Positions 1 through 7,409 of a DNA stretch of 34,052 bases are shown in pieces. Position 1 is the first letter of the stretch; each line of letters starts with the position of its first letter. This stretch comes from Patescibacteria group bacterium (lineage in GTDB: Bacteria > Patescibacteriota > Gracilibacteria > UM-FILTER-43-11). Position numbers and translations under genes: made by a program. The notes beneath the pieces were generated by a model. It was given only the letters and a program-made list of their open reading frames with translations. It did no database searches and was not told the DNA's origin. Location of the stretch: contig JAZDNJ010000047.1 in NCBI GenBank assembly GCA_043800105.1, positions 1 to 34,052 of the forward strand, written 5' to 3'.

Positions 1-20
1 ACTCCGACGTACGTCGGAGT
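1..20. repeat. Perfect 20-nt palindrome ACTCCGACGTACGTCGGAGT. Its 14-nt core CCGACGTACGTCGG recurs at 42-59.
   Basis: Read directly. Positions 1-20 are self-complementary, and the second palindrome CCCCGACGTACGTCGGGG lies at 42-59. Confidence 0.9.
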
Positions 21-21
21 G

Positions 22-110
22 TGGTGCCCAAGGAGAGACTCCCCCGACGTACGTCGGGGTCACGCCTCGCGGCACCCCGCCAAGGCGGGGCGTGTCTGCC
101 AATTCCACAT
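22..110 (-). pseudogene. Degenerate tRNA-Leu-like copy, with a disrupted T-arm, an aberrant anticodon arm and no 5' acceptor strand
   Basis: Positions 22-41 are identical to 113-132 of the intact tRNA, and blocks 61-76 and 91-108 match 140-155 and 171-188. The 6 nt GAGTTC of the T-arm are replaced by the 18-nt palindrome at 42-59. The anticodon arm is 16 nt (CCCCG CCTTGG CGGGG) instead of 5+7+5. The 5' end (..TTATGTGG) cannot pair with the 3' acceptor strand. Confidence 0.6.
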
Positions 111-112
111 AA

Positions 113-197
113 TGGTGCCCAAGGAGAGACTCGAACTCTCACGCCTCGCGGCACCGGCTCCTAAGGCCGGCGTGTCTGCCAATTCCACCACCTGGGC
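113..197 (-). tRNA. tRNA-Leu, anticodon UAG, class II with a long variable arm and an encoded CCA
   Basis: The reverse complement is GCCCAGGTGGTGGAATTGGCAGACACGCCGGCCTTAGGAGCCGGTGCCGCGAGGCGTGAGAGTTCGAGTCTCTCCTTGGGCACCA. The acceptor stem is GCCCAGG/CTTGGGC. The anticodon stem is CCGGC/GCCGG with loop CTTAGGA. The T-arm is GAGAG-TTCGAGT-CTCTC. Confidence 0.9.
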
Positions 198-233
198 TCA
201 TACTTATGCCATAGTTTTATACAGGTATCGCTC

Positions 234-713
234 TTAAAGCGCAAGCCTGCTCTCGATCTCCAGCTCCCCCTCAGGGACATGATCGATAAACAGAATGCCG
301 TTCAGATGATCGACTTCATGCTGGACGACACGGGCTTCAAAACCATTAAACTTCATGACCCGCTCCTTACCGGCAAGGTCGGTAAAACGCAGGGTCAGCT
401 CTTTGGCGCGCGAAACCGGTCCCCAAAGCCCCGGCAGACTCAGACAGCCTTCAGTATCTTCCTCAAATTCTTCCGACATTTCCAGGATTTCGGGATTGAT
501 AATCGGAAAAACCTGTTTTTTGTTGATGGTAATATGTGCTATACGCGTGTTCACTCCCACCTGAGGCGCGGCAATACCCACGCCGTTGGTGGCGATCATA
601 CTTTCTTCCATATCTTTCAGCAGCTTCAGGGTTTTTTTGGTGATCTTTCCCTGTTTGGGCGACACCTTGCGAAGTATGGGGTTGTTCTTTCCTTTGGTAA
701 TATCAAGAATCAT
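234..713 (-). CDS. def: Peptide deformylase
   Basis: All three signature motifs are present: GIAAPQVG, EGCLSLPG and QHEVDHLNG. The start is placed at MILDITKG (ATG at 713), which avoids overlap with the prfB stop. The ORF track extends to 746. Confidence 0.93.
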   Translation of the reverse strand: MILDITKGKNNPILRKVSPKQGKITKKTLKLLKDMEESMIATNGVGIAAPQVGVNTRIAHITINKKQVFPIINPEILEMSEEFEEDTEGCLSLPGLWGPVSRAKELTLRFTDLAGKERVMKFNGFEARVVQHEVDHLNGILFIDHVPEGELEIESRLAL

Positions 714-717
714 AGAA

Positions 718-1789
718 TTATTTCGTTTTAAGTAAATAGGCTTCAATAAAATCGTCCAGCTCGCCGTCCATCACCGCCTGCACCTGACTGGTTTCCGCGC
801 CGGTACGGTGGTCTTTGACCATAGTATACGGCTGAAAAACATAAGAACGGATCTGGTTTCCCCAGGCGGCCTCACGGTATCCGCCTTTCAGCTCTTCAAT
901 TTTCTCCTTTTTTTCTTCCAGCAGTTTCTGGGCCAGCCGGCCTTTGAGTACGCTCATTGCCTGGGCTTTGTTCTGCTGCTGACTGCGTTCGGACTGGCAG
1001 GTGACCACCAGACCGGTCGGCAGATGGGTAATGCGCACGGCGGAATCGGTGGTATTAACGTGCTGCCCGCCCGCTCCGCTGGAACGGTAGGTGTCGATTC
1101 TCAGATCTTTTTCATCAATCGCAACCCCCTCATCTTCCGGGATAACCGGCAGAACTTCTACAAGGGCGAAGGAAGTCTGGCGCAGGTTCTTGGCGTTAAA
1201 AGGGGAAAGGCGGACCAGCCGGTGAACGCCGTGCTCGCCTTTTAAAAAACCGTAAGCCATTATTCCCTTTATTTCAATCGTGGCGCTTTTAATTCCGGCT
1301 TCTGCGCCCATAGTTTTTTCAGTGACGGCTGTCTTCCAGCCCTGCTGTTCGGCGTAACGCAGATACATCCGCAAAAGCATCTCCGTCCAGTCCTGGGCGT
1401 CCACTCCTCCCGTACCAGCCGAAAGCACCAAAATGGCATCCATCTGATCGTAAGGACCGCTCAGAAGAAGCTTTACATGTGCCTTTTGGTAAGCATTTTC
1501 CAGCTGCTCCAGCTCCGTTTCAAGCTCCTTTGCTTCAGGACTGTCTTCTTCCACCATCCGGCCAAGTTCTTCGATGTCTTTGGCCTTAGCTGAAAGTTCC
1601 CGCCAGGTTTCTTCAAGGTCGGTCCAGTACTTGAGTTCTTTCAGGACTTTTTCCGCTTTCTTCGGGGCATTCCATAGTTCTTTCTGTTTGGATTTTTCCT
1701 CCGCTTCGGCTTTTTTCGCTTTCAGGCCGATGCCGTCAAAGATAGTGGAGGTCCTGACTGATTTTTTCATTGAGTTTCCGGATGTCCAT
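718..1789 (-). CDS. prfB: Peptide chain release factor 2, with a programmed +1 frameshift
   Basis: It carries the SPF tripeptide (RLSPFNA) and the GGQ motif (SGAGGQHVNTTDSAVRITHLPTG). The frame-0 leader MDIRKLNEKISQDLHYL starts at ATG 1789 and ends at CTT TGA C (1741-1735). The +1 frame continues DGIGLKAKKAEAEE into the 350-aa tracked ORF. Confidence 0.93.
1735..1741 (-). other. RF2 autoregulatory +1 frameshift site CTT TGA C
   Basis: The reverse complement of 1735-1741 is CTTTGAC, and the in-frame TGA occupies 1738-1736. This is the same heptamer as the classical prfB recoding site. Confidence 0.85.
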
Positions 1790-1840
1790 TTGGGCTTATT
1801 CCTGGTTACTGATAATTGCGCCTATTTTAGCATAAATCCC

Positions 1841-1869
1841 TTGAAAAATGCACAAAAAAATGATAGAAT
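1841..1869 (+). promoter_or_regulatory. Sigma70-like promoter for pilus module 1
   Basis: TTGAAA (1841-1846), a 17-nt spacer ending in TGA (extended -10), then TAGAAT (1864-1869). It lies 26 nt upstream of ATG 1895. Confidence 0.55.
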
Positions 1870-1894
1870 AAGAAGATATAAAAAATATGAACCT

Positions 1895-3268
1895 ATGGAA
1901 GCTCCAGAAGACAAAAACAAAGATGTTAAATCCCCGGCCGACATCGGAAGCCTTGAAAAGGAAATGAAAAACGCCCTGAAAGAAGGGGATTTTGAAGGTG
2001 CAAAGACAGTCTACGATAAGCTGAAAAAGGCGGACCCTGAAAACCGTTTGGCGGACAAATTGATGCGGAAGATGCAGAAAATCAAAGAAAAAGAAGGAAA
2101 GAAAGAAAAACTCAGAAAAGCCAAGGAATACAAGACCATGCTCAGGACACTCCTTAAAAACCGTGACGTGGAAAAACTGGAGGCTTTAGCTAAGGAATTT
2201 AAGGAATTCGACCCCGACAGCAGGCATGCCGCAAAATGGCTCCTGCGCGCCGAAAGGCTCAAAGAAAAAACGGGCGGTAAAACGGAAAAAAAGCCCGCGG
2301 TACCCAAACCATTAGCCATCGGACTGAAAAAAGAGGCACCTCTCAGGCTGACTCCGATCCCTACTCCTCCGGTAAAACCGCTTGTAGTTCCAACGCCAAA
2401 TGTAAAACCGCTTGTAGTTCCGCAGCCAAAGCCAAAACCAGCTGAACCCGTAAAGCAACCGGCACCACCGAAAGATGAGCCAAAGGGCAACATCTTCACT
2501 AAAATGTTCGGGAAGAAAGAGGAAACGATGAATGAAAAATCCATCATCGACACAATTGTTGCCAGGACCGACAAGATGAAGGAAAAGGAAGTTATCCAAA
2601 AAGAAATGGAGCCGGAAAAGCCGGACAAAAAAGGGACTTCACTCGGACTGCTGACTTTCTCAAAGGCATTCATGAATTTCATAGTCATTTTTATCGTTTT
2701 CAGCGCGGCCTTTCTTTATGTTGAGTGGATTGATACAGGAAATACCATGCTCAGCCTGGCCGGCATTTCCGAAAATACCGGCGGAAGGCTCCATAGCGCT
2801 TCCGAAAAACTGGGAATCCTCAGGCGTCAGGAAGCCATTCTGAATAAAGACATTGAGCTTTACAAAGAAGGCTACGACGACAAAGCGGTAAGTACCATTG
2901 AATCCATCATCAAGAGCCGCATCAATTGGCCCGATATTTTCGGAAAAATCAATGAGGTGACCAATTCCGTCTATGAACTCAATGACTTCTTTAAATATAT
3001 TGAGTACAACAACTATTCCTTTGACGCAGAAAACCGCACAATTCGTGTGACAGGGGCTCTTAGCGACCCGCTTGGCAGGAATCTGACCAAACTGGTGGAG
3101 CTTGAGGAGGCATTCAAATACTATCCAAAGGACAAGAATAATCCCGATGACACGACTGAGCCGTATTTCACGGGATTTAAAGAGTTTACCTCTTTCAGCA
3201 AAACGCTTGACCCGACAACCAACCGCTATAACTCAAGCTTTCAGCTTTCTTTTGCGCTTAACGAATAA
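1895..3268 (+). CDS. PilN-like bitopic pilus alignment protein with a long K/E/P-rich cytoplasmic N-terminal extension
   Basis: The start is set at ATG 1895 (MEAPEDK), because the tracked ORF upstream overlaps prfB. There is a single TM helix (FMNFIVIFIVFSAAFLYVEWI) at about aa 256-277, followed by a coiled coil. The C-terminal part (RINWPDIFGKINEVT...RTIRVTGALSDPLGRNLTKLVELEEAF) resembles the PilN fold pattern. It is the first gene of a pilB/pilC/pilin operon. Confidence 0.5.
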   Translation: MEAPEDKNKDVKSPADIGSLEKEMKNALKEGDFEGAKTVYDKLKKADPENRLADKLMRKMQKIKEKEGKKEKLRKAKEYKTMLRTLLKNRDVEKLEALAKEFKEFDPDSRHAAKWLLRAERLKEKTGGKTEKKPAVPKPLAIGLKKEAPLRLTPIPTPPVKPLVVPTPNVKPLVVPQPKPKPAEPVKQPAPPKDEPKGNIFTKMFGKKEETMNEKSIIDTIVARTDKMKEKEVIQKEMEPEKPDKKGTSLGLLTFSKAFMNFIVIFIVFSAAFLYVEWIDTGNTMLSLAGISENTGGRLHSASEKLGILRRQEAILNKDIELYKEGYDDKAVSTIESIIKSRINWPDIFGKINEVTNSVYELNDFFKYIEYNNYSFDAENRTIRVTGALSDPLGRNLTKLVELEEAFKYYPKDKNNPDDTTEPYFTGFKEFTSFSKTLDPTTNRYNSSFQLSFALNE

Positions 3269-3288
3269 AATTCTTCATCACTTATCTC

Positions 3289-4068
3289 ATGATTTCACTC
3301 AAAGGCATCATCGGCAAAGCAAACGAACCGTCGAAGGCAAACTACGACACGCCGGCAAAACAGGGAAATATTTTTGGTCAGACACTAAGTGCCGGACAAA
3401 CGGTTAAAACAAAAAAATCGGAGTACATTCAGGCAAAAAACAGAAAAAAAGCTTACCTCAGACTGGGCATCTCTTTTGCGGCTCTCGCGCTCTATTCCGT
3501 TTTCTTTCTTTACGACAACACCGCCGCATACCTGAAGGCGCCATCGGAAATTGCCGATCGTCAGGCGCAAATCAAGGAATATGAAGATATAATAATCCCC
3601 AGTCTTCAGAAAACAAAGGATTTGCACAAGGCCGCTTACGATCAGGAATTTGAAGACACCATTCAGGCTCTGGAAACGGTTTTTCCGACAGAAATTGACA
3701 AGCTTGGAATCGTGCGGCTGTTTGAATCTTTCGCGACGGAAGTAGCCGCCAATTACCCTCCTTTCGAATTTACATCTATCAACTTTTCCAGTCCTCAGCA
3801 AAAAGACGGCTACATGATTATTCCTGTCTCAACCTCCATTCACTCCAGTCTGGTGGGCTTTGATAAGTTCCTCAGCCTGGTCGATCGTTCCGGTTACATT
3901 TATTCCGGAGAAGGGGACAAGAGGGTACTTATCGACAAGAAAATCCGCCTGATGAGCATCTCAAATATCAGTGTAAAATATCGCGGTGTAGATCAGGCCA
4001 CCGGAAAAGATCAGGGGGTGGATTTTAGCGTAAAACTAAACATTTATTCCAGAACTCCGAAAGGATAA
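3289..4068 (+). CDS. PilO-like bitopic pilus assembly protein
   Basis: A basic N-terminus is followed by one TM helix (LRLGISFAALALYSVFFLY), a coiled coil (RQAQIKEYEDIIIPSLQKTKDL) and an alpha/beta C-terminal domain. It lies between the PilN-like gene and pilB. Confidence 0.45.
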   Translation: MISLKGIIGKANEPSKANYDTPAKQGNIFGQTLSAGQTVKTKKSEYIQAKNRKKAYLRLGISFAALALYSVFFLYDNTAAYLKAPSEIADRQAQIKEYEDIIIPSLQKTKDLHKAAYDQEFEDTIQALETVFPTEIDKLGIVRLFESFATEVAANYPPFEFTSINFSSPQQKDGYMIIPVSTSIHSSLVGFDKFLSLVDRSGYIYSGEGDKRVLIDKKIRLMSISNISVKYRGVDQATGKDQGVDFSVKLNIYSRTPKG

Positions 4069-4088
4069 GGCAACTAAACTATTAAGCT

Positions 4089-5432
4089 TTGGCAAAGCAG
4101 GCAATTCTTAAACCATTGGAAGAAGTCGGCGGTATTTCATCCGCGGCTCCCGCGCCCAAGGCCGAGAGTTATGCAAAAAAAACCGATAATACCGGTGCCG
4201 GCACGGCTGCGCTGACACAGTCACTTCAAAACGCCATCATCGCGGGAAACATTCCGCAGATCGTGATGTATGCCATTACGCTGGCCCTGATCATGTCGGC
4301 TTCTGACGTGCACATAGAACCGGAAGAAAAGACCGTTCGCATTCGTCTCCGGATAGACGGTGTGCTTCGTCATATTGTGGAATACCCGAACAACATACAT
4401 CCGGCCGTCGTTTCCCGCGTGAAGATCATGTCCAGTTTAAAAATAGATGAACAGCGCGTGCCACAGGACGGCCGCACGCAGGTAACCACGGAAGAAGGCC
4501 GGAATATTGACCTTCGCGTCAGCACTTTACCTACCGTGAACGGCGAAAAAATTGTGATGCGTCTGCAGGATAAAACGAAGACAATTCCAGATTTGCCCGA
4601 ACTAGGACTGAAGGGAAGCTCTCTAGAAATAATGGAAGGCTTCACAAAACTTCCAAACGGTATCATTCTGGTTACCGGACCGACCGGTTCCGGTAAAACC
4701 AATACGCTTTACTCAATTCTGCACCGGCTGAATCAGGTTGGCGTGAACATTATGACATTTGAAGATCCGGTGGAGTATCAGATGGACGGCCTGAACCAGT
4801 CGCAGATCCGCCCCGAAATCCAGTATGACTTTTCAACGGGGCTAAGAACAGCCCTGCGCCAGGACCCCGATATCATTATGGTGGGGGAAATCCGCGACCA
4901 GGAAACCATCGAAATCGCCATCCGGGCGGCCCTCACGGGTCATCTGGTGCTTTCGACCATTCACACTAACAGCGCCGTTTCCACCCTGACCCGTATAACG
5001 GACATGGGCGTGAAACCCTTTCTTATCACTTCATCAATTCGCGGAATCATTTCACAGCGACTGGTGCGTCGCATCTGCGAATTCTGCAAGGAGGAATATG
5101 TTCCTGAAGCTGAGGTGACAGCAGATATTAAAGAAGAACTTAAAAATATTTCCGCCAAAGACATTGACCCTGCTTTGCTCAGAGACATGAAGTTATACAG
5201 GGGCAGGGGCTGTGAAAAGTGCAACGGGCTTGGATACAAAGGCCGGATTGCCGTTTTTGAAATACTGCAGATGGATCGCGAAGTCGGGCAACTCGTACTT
5301 CAGAGCGCCCCGGATTCCCAGCTGGAAGATCAGGCCGGAAAAGGCGGAATGATCACCCTTCGTCAGGATGGCTTTATCAAAGCGCTTCAAGGCATCACTA
5401 GTCTTGAAGAAGTCTTCCGCATAGCCCAGTAA
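4089..5432 (+). CDS. pilB: Type IV pilus / T2SS assembly ATPase of the GspE/PilB family (short form)
   Basis: It has Walker A VTGPTGSGKTNT, an Asp box and Walker B DPDIIMVGEIRD, and a His box GHLVLSTIHTN. It also has the tetracysteine motif CEFC...CEKCNGLGYKGR. The start is uncertain (TTG 4089 or TTG 4116), and no in-frame ATG lies upstream of the conserved SASDVHIEP. Confidence 0.9.
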   Translation: MAKQAILKPLEEVGGISSAAPAPKAESYAKKTDNTGAGTAALTQSLQNAIIAGNIPQIVMYAITLALIMSASDVHIEPEEKTVRIRLRIDGVLRHIVEYPNNIHPAVVSRVKIMSSLKIDEQRVPQDGRTQVTTEEGRNIDLRVSTLPTVNGEKIVMRLQDKTKTIPDLPELGLKGSSLEIMEGFTKLPNGIILVTGPTGSGKTNTLYSILHRLNQVGVNIMTFEDPVEYQMDGLNQSQIRPEIQYDFSTGLRTALRQDPDIIMVGEIRDQETIEIAIRAALTGHLVLSTIHTNSAVSTLTRITDMGVKPFLITSSIRGIISQRLVRRICEFCKEEYVPEAEVTADIKEELKNISAKDIDPALLRDMKLYRGRGCEKCNGLGYKGRIAVFEILQMDREVGQLVLQSAPDSQLEDQAGKGGMITLRQDGFIKALQGITSLEEVFRIAQ

Positions 5433-5444
5433 ATTTTTGATTTT

Positions 5445-6638
5445 ATGGTTTCTCCTTCCCTACATATAGGCGTTCAGACTGGCAGAACAGGTATACCCGA
5501 AGCTCCGAAACAAAAGCCCGTGACTAAAGTGGGCGGGGCAGGCTGGTCCGAGGTGCTGAACGATTTTTTATCCCAGTTTCAGTCCATCAAAATAACCGAC
5601 AAGGTCACCTTTTTCAGACTGCTGGCGACCATGATCAACGCCGGCATATCGATTGTAAAGGCGCTGAATATTCTGATGGATCAGACGGAAAACAGACACA
5701 TGAAGTCTATCGTGCGGAATATCGTGGAAAAAATTGAAACCGGAAACAGTTTCTCGCAGGCCCTCGCGACATATCCGAAGTATTTCACAGGGGCGCAGAT
5801 CGGCATGGTGGAGGCCGGCGAAGCCTCCGGCCGCCTTAACCAGACACTCCTTCAGATTGCCGACGAAACGGAAAAACAGGCCGCCTTCAGATCCCGCATC
5901 AAAGGAGCCATGATATACCCCATTGTCATTATAGCCATCATGGTGGCCGCTTTTGTGGCGGTCATGGTGCTGGTCATGCCGAAAATCAAAGAAATGTTCG
6001 AGGGGCTTGGAGGCGAACTGCCCGGAGTAACCCTGAAACTCATCGCTATTTCTGACTGGTTTGTGTCAAGCTGGCTTGGAATACCCAATTATATTTGGCT
6101 GGTGATTCTTATCATTGCCTTTATCACACTTTTTATTCAGTGGAAAAAAACAAAGTGGGGAAATTATGTGTGGATGAAATTCGTTTTCGCTTTGCCGATT
6201 TTCGGTAAACTGTCAAAAAAGGCTTCGCTGGCTCATTTTTGCCGGGGGCTTTCTACCATGGTTGCCAGCGGCATTCCTATTATAAAGGCTCTGCGCATTA
6301 CAGCCGCCAGCGTCGGAAACCTTATATACCAGCGACGTATCAACCAGATAGCCGACGATGTGAGGCATGGCATTACCATGGCGGAAAACATGAAAGACGA
6401 TGAATATTACTTTCCGAATATGGTCGTGGGTATGATCGGGGTGGCCGAACAAACCGCCCAGATCGACAGCATTTCCCAAAAACTTGCCGATTACTACGAA
6501 GAAGAAGTGGATAATATTGTAAAAGGACTTTCATCTCTGATGGAGCCTCTTATTATGGTAATTCTTGGCGCCGGTGTCGCCTTTCTGGTTATCGCGGTAA
6601 TGGAACCGATTCTCTCAGCATCCGACCTGGCTGTTTAA
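5445..6638 (+). CDS. pilC: Type IV pilus platform protein of the PilC/GspF family
   Basis: It has two T2SSF-type repeats, each containing a GE-x-SG-type motif or its degenerate equivalent (FSQALATYPKYFTGAQIGMVEAGEASGRLNQTL, and a second repeat with MVVGMIGVAEQTAQID). It has three TM segments and is typical in size at 397 aa. Confidence 0.9.
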   Translation: MVSPSLHIGVQTGRTGIPEAPKQKPVTKVGGAGWSEVLNDFLSQFQSIKITDKVTFFRLLATMINAGISIVKALNILMDQTENRHMKSIVRNIVEKIETGNSFSQALATYPKYFTGAQIGMVEAGEASGRLNQTLLQIADETEKQAAFRSRIKGAMIYPIVIIAIMVAAFVAVMVLVMPKIKEMFEGLGGELPGVTLKLIAISDWFVSSWLGIPNYIWLVILIIAFITLFIQWKKTKWGNYVWMKFVFALPIFGKLSKKASLAHFCRGLSTMVASGIPIIKALRITAASVGNLIYQRRINQIADDVRHGITMAENMKDDEYYFPNMVVGMIGVAEQTAQIDSISQKLADYYEEEVDNIVKGLSSLMEPLIMVILGAGVAFLVIAVMEPILSASDLAV

Positions 6639-6654
6639 AATTACAAAAAAAGTC

Positions 6655-6684
6655 TTGCGTTGAACAAATTTTGTATGCTATCTT
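6655..6684 (+). promoter_or_regulatory. Possible extended -10 promoter upstream of pilin 1
   Basis: TTGCGT (6655-6660), an 18-nt spacer, then TGC TATCTT (the -10 element is 6679-6684). This call is weaker than the other promoter calls. Confidence 0.3.
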
Positions 6685-6719
6685 TGACATGCAAATTATT
6701 TTATAAAACAAAAACAAAA

Positions 6720-7349
6720 ATGAAAAAGACTACCAAAAGCGCTTTTCATCGCGGTTTTACCCTCATCGAACTGATGATCGTCATCGTCATTCTCGGTATT
6801 TTGATGGGTACTATTTTACCGCGTTTGTCCGGCGCACAGGGCCGCGCCCGTGACACAGGACGTGTGGCCGACCTTAATTCCATTGCCCAGGCATTGGAAC
6901 TTTATTACGATGATTTCGGTCAATATCCTGCAAATGCTGGTGATGGAACACCTGATTGTATCGCAACCGCAAGCCTACCTGCTTTCGATGTTTTTAAAAC
7001 CTATTTCAAAGCTGACAATACACCAACACCTCCTTCATCTAGTGAGATAGTTACTTTTGATGGTGTAACTTGTACCGGAAGCTACATGTACGTTGCTCTT
7101 GACAGCAAAGGAGCTACTGATCAGGCATATGCAGTGATTGCAAATGTAGAAATCGCACCTAAAGGTAATATGATTATTGACAACGGACTCACAACTCCGG
7201 CAATTGCAACCGCATGGACACACGGTACTGCTTCGTCCATCAATGATGTATTAGGTGCTATTAATGCAGATGCTGATAAACTGGTTCAAGCCGATGATGA
7301 AGATTCTGATGGAGATAGCACGGTTTATGTTGTATCTAGCGGAACCTAA
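6720..7349 (+). CDS. pilA: Type IV pilin / GspG-like major pilin (module 1)
   Basis: It has a class III signal peptide, MKKTTKSAFHRG|FTLIELMIVIVILGIL, with Glu5. It also has the GspG-like motif GAQGRARDTGRVADLNSIAQALELYYDDFGQYP. The start is set at ATG 6720, and the gene is followed by a terminator. Confidence 0.88.
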   Translation: MKKTTKSAFHRGFTLIELMIVIVILGILMGTILPRLSGAQGRARDTGRVADLNSIAQALELYYDDFGQYPANAGDGTPDCIATASLPAFDVFKTYFKADNTPTPPSSSEIVTFDGVTCTGSYMYVALDSKGATDQAYAVIANVEIAPKGNMIIDNGLTTPAIATAWTHGTASSINDVLGAINADADKLVQADDEDSDGDSTVYVVSSGT

Positions 7350-7365
7350 TACTTCTCAGGTAATC

Positions 7366-7395
7366 AAAAAAACCCCGCCAATTGGTGGGGTTTTT
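7366..7395. terminator. Bidirectional rho-independent terminator between pilA (+) and nusA (-)
   Basis: AAAAAAA CCCCGCC AATT GGTGGGG TTTTT. The GC-rich stem is flanked by an A-run and a T-run. Confidence 0.8.
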
Positions 7396-7409
7396 AGTAT
7401 CTGAGTTTC

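Noticed and set aside
1-233. An integrated mobile element or prophage at the tRNA-Leu locus
   Set aside because: A duplicated tRNA fragment is suggestive. However, no integrase, transposase or phage gene is visible in the window, and def and prfB follow immediately. The left flank lies outside the window, so this cannot be supported.
718-1789. An alternative genetic code with UGA read as sense, as in some candidate phyla
   Set aside because: An RF2 gene with SPF and GGQ motifs and the TGA-based autoregulatory frameshift is present. Several well-supported genes (pilB2, hisS, the DUF4012 gene and the 829-aa ORF) end at TGA at the expected length.
1574-1894. The 5' part of the 564-aa tracked ORF
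   Set aside because: It runs antisense through the prfB 5' region and the promoter region. The sequence before MEAPEDK is Ser/Phe-rich with no protein-like features, and a good promoter at 1841-1869 lies inside it.
2011-2688. 225-aa ORF (and the 95-aa ORF at 2312-2599) antisense to the PilN-like gene
   Set aside because: It is a low-complexity Ser/Phe/Gly translation produced by the antisense of a Lys/Glu/Pro-rich coding region.
4089-5432. PilB1 as a PilT-type retraction ATPase, because it is short (447 aa)
   Set aside because: It carries the tetracysteine CxxC...CxxC motif characteristic of PilB/GspE extension ATPases. It is also about 100 aa longer than typical PilT proteins.
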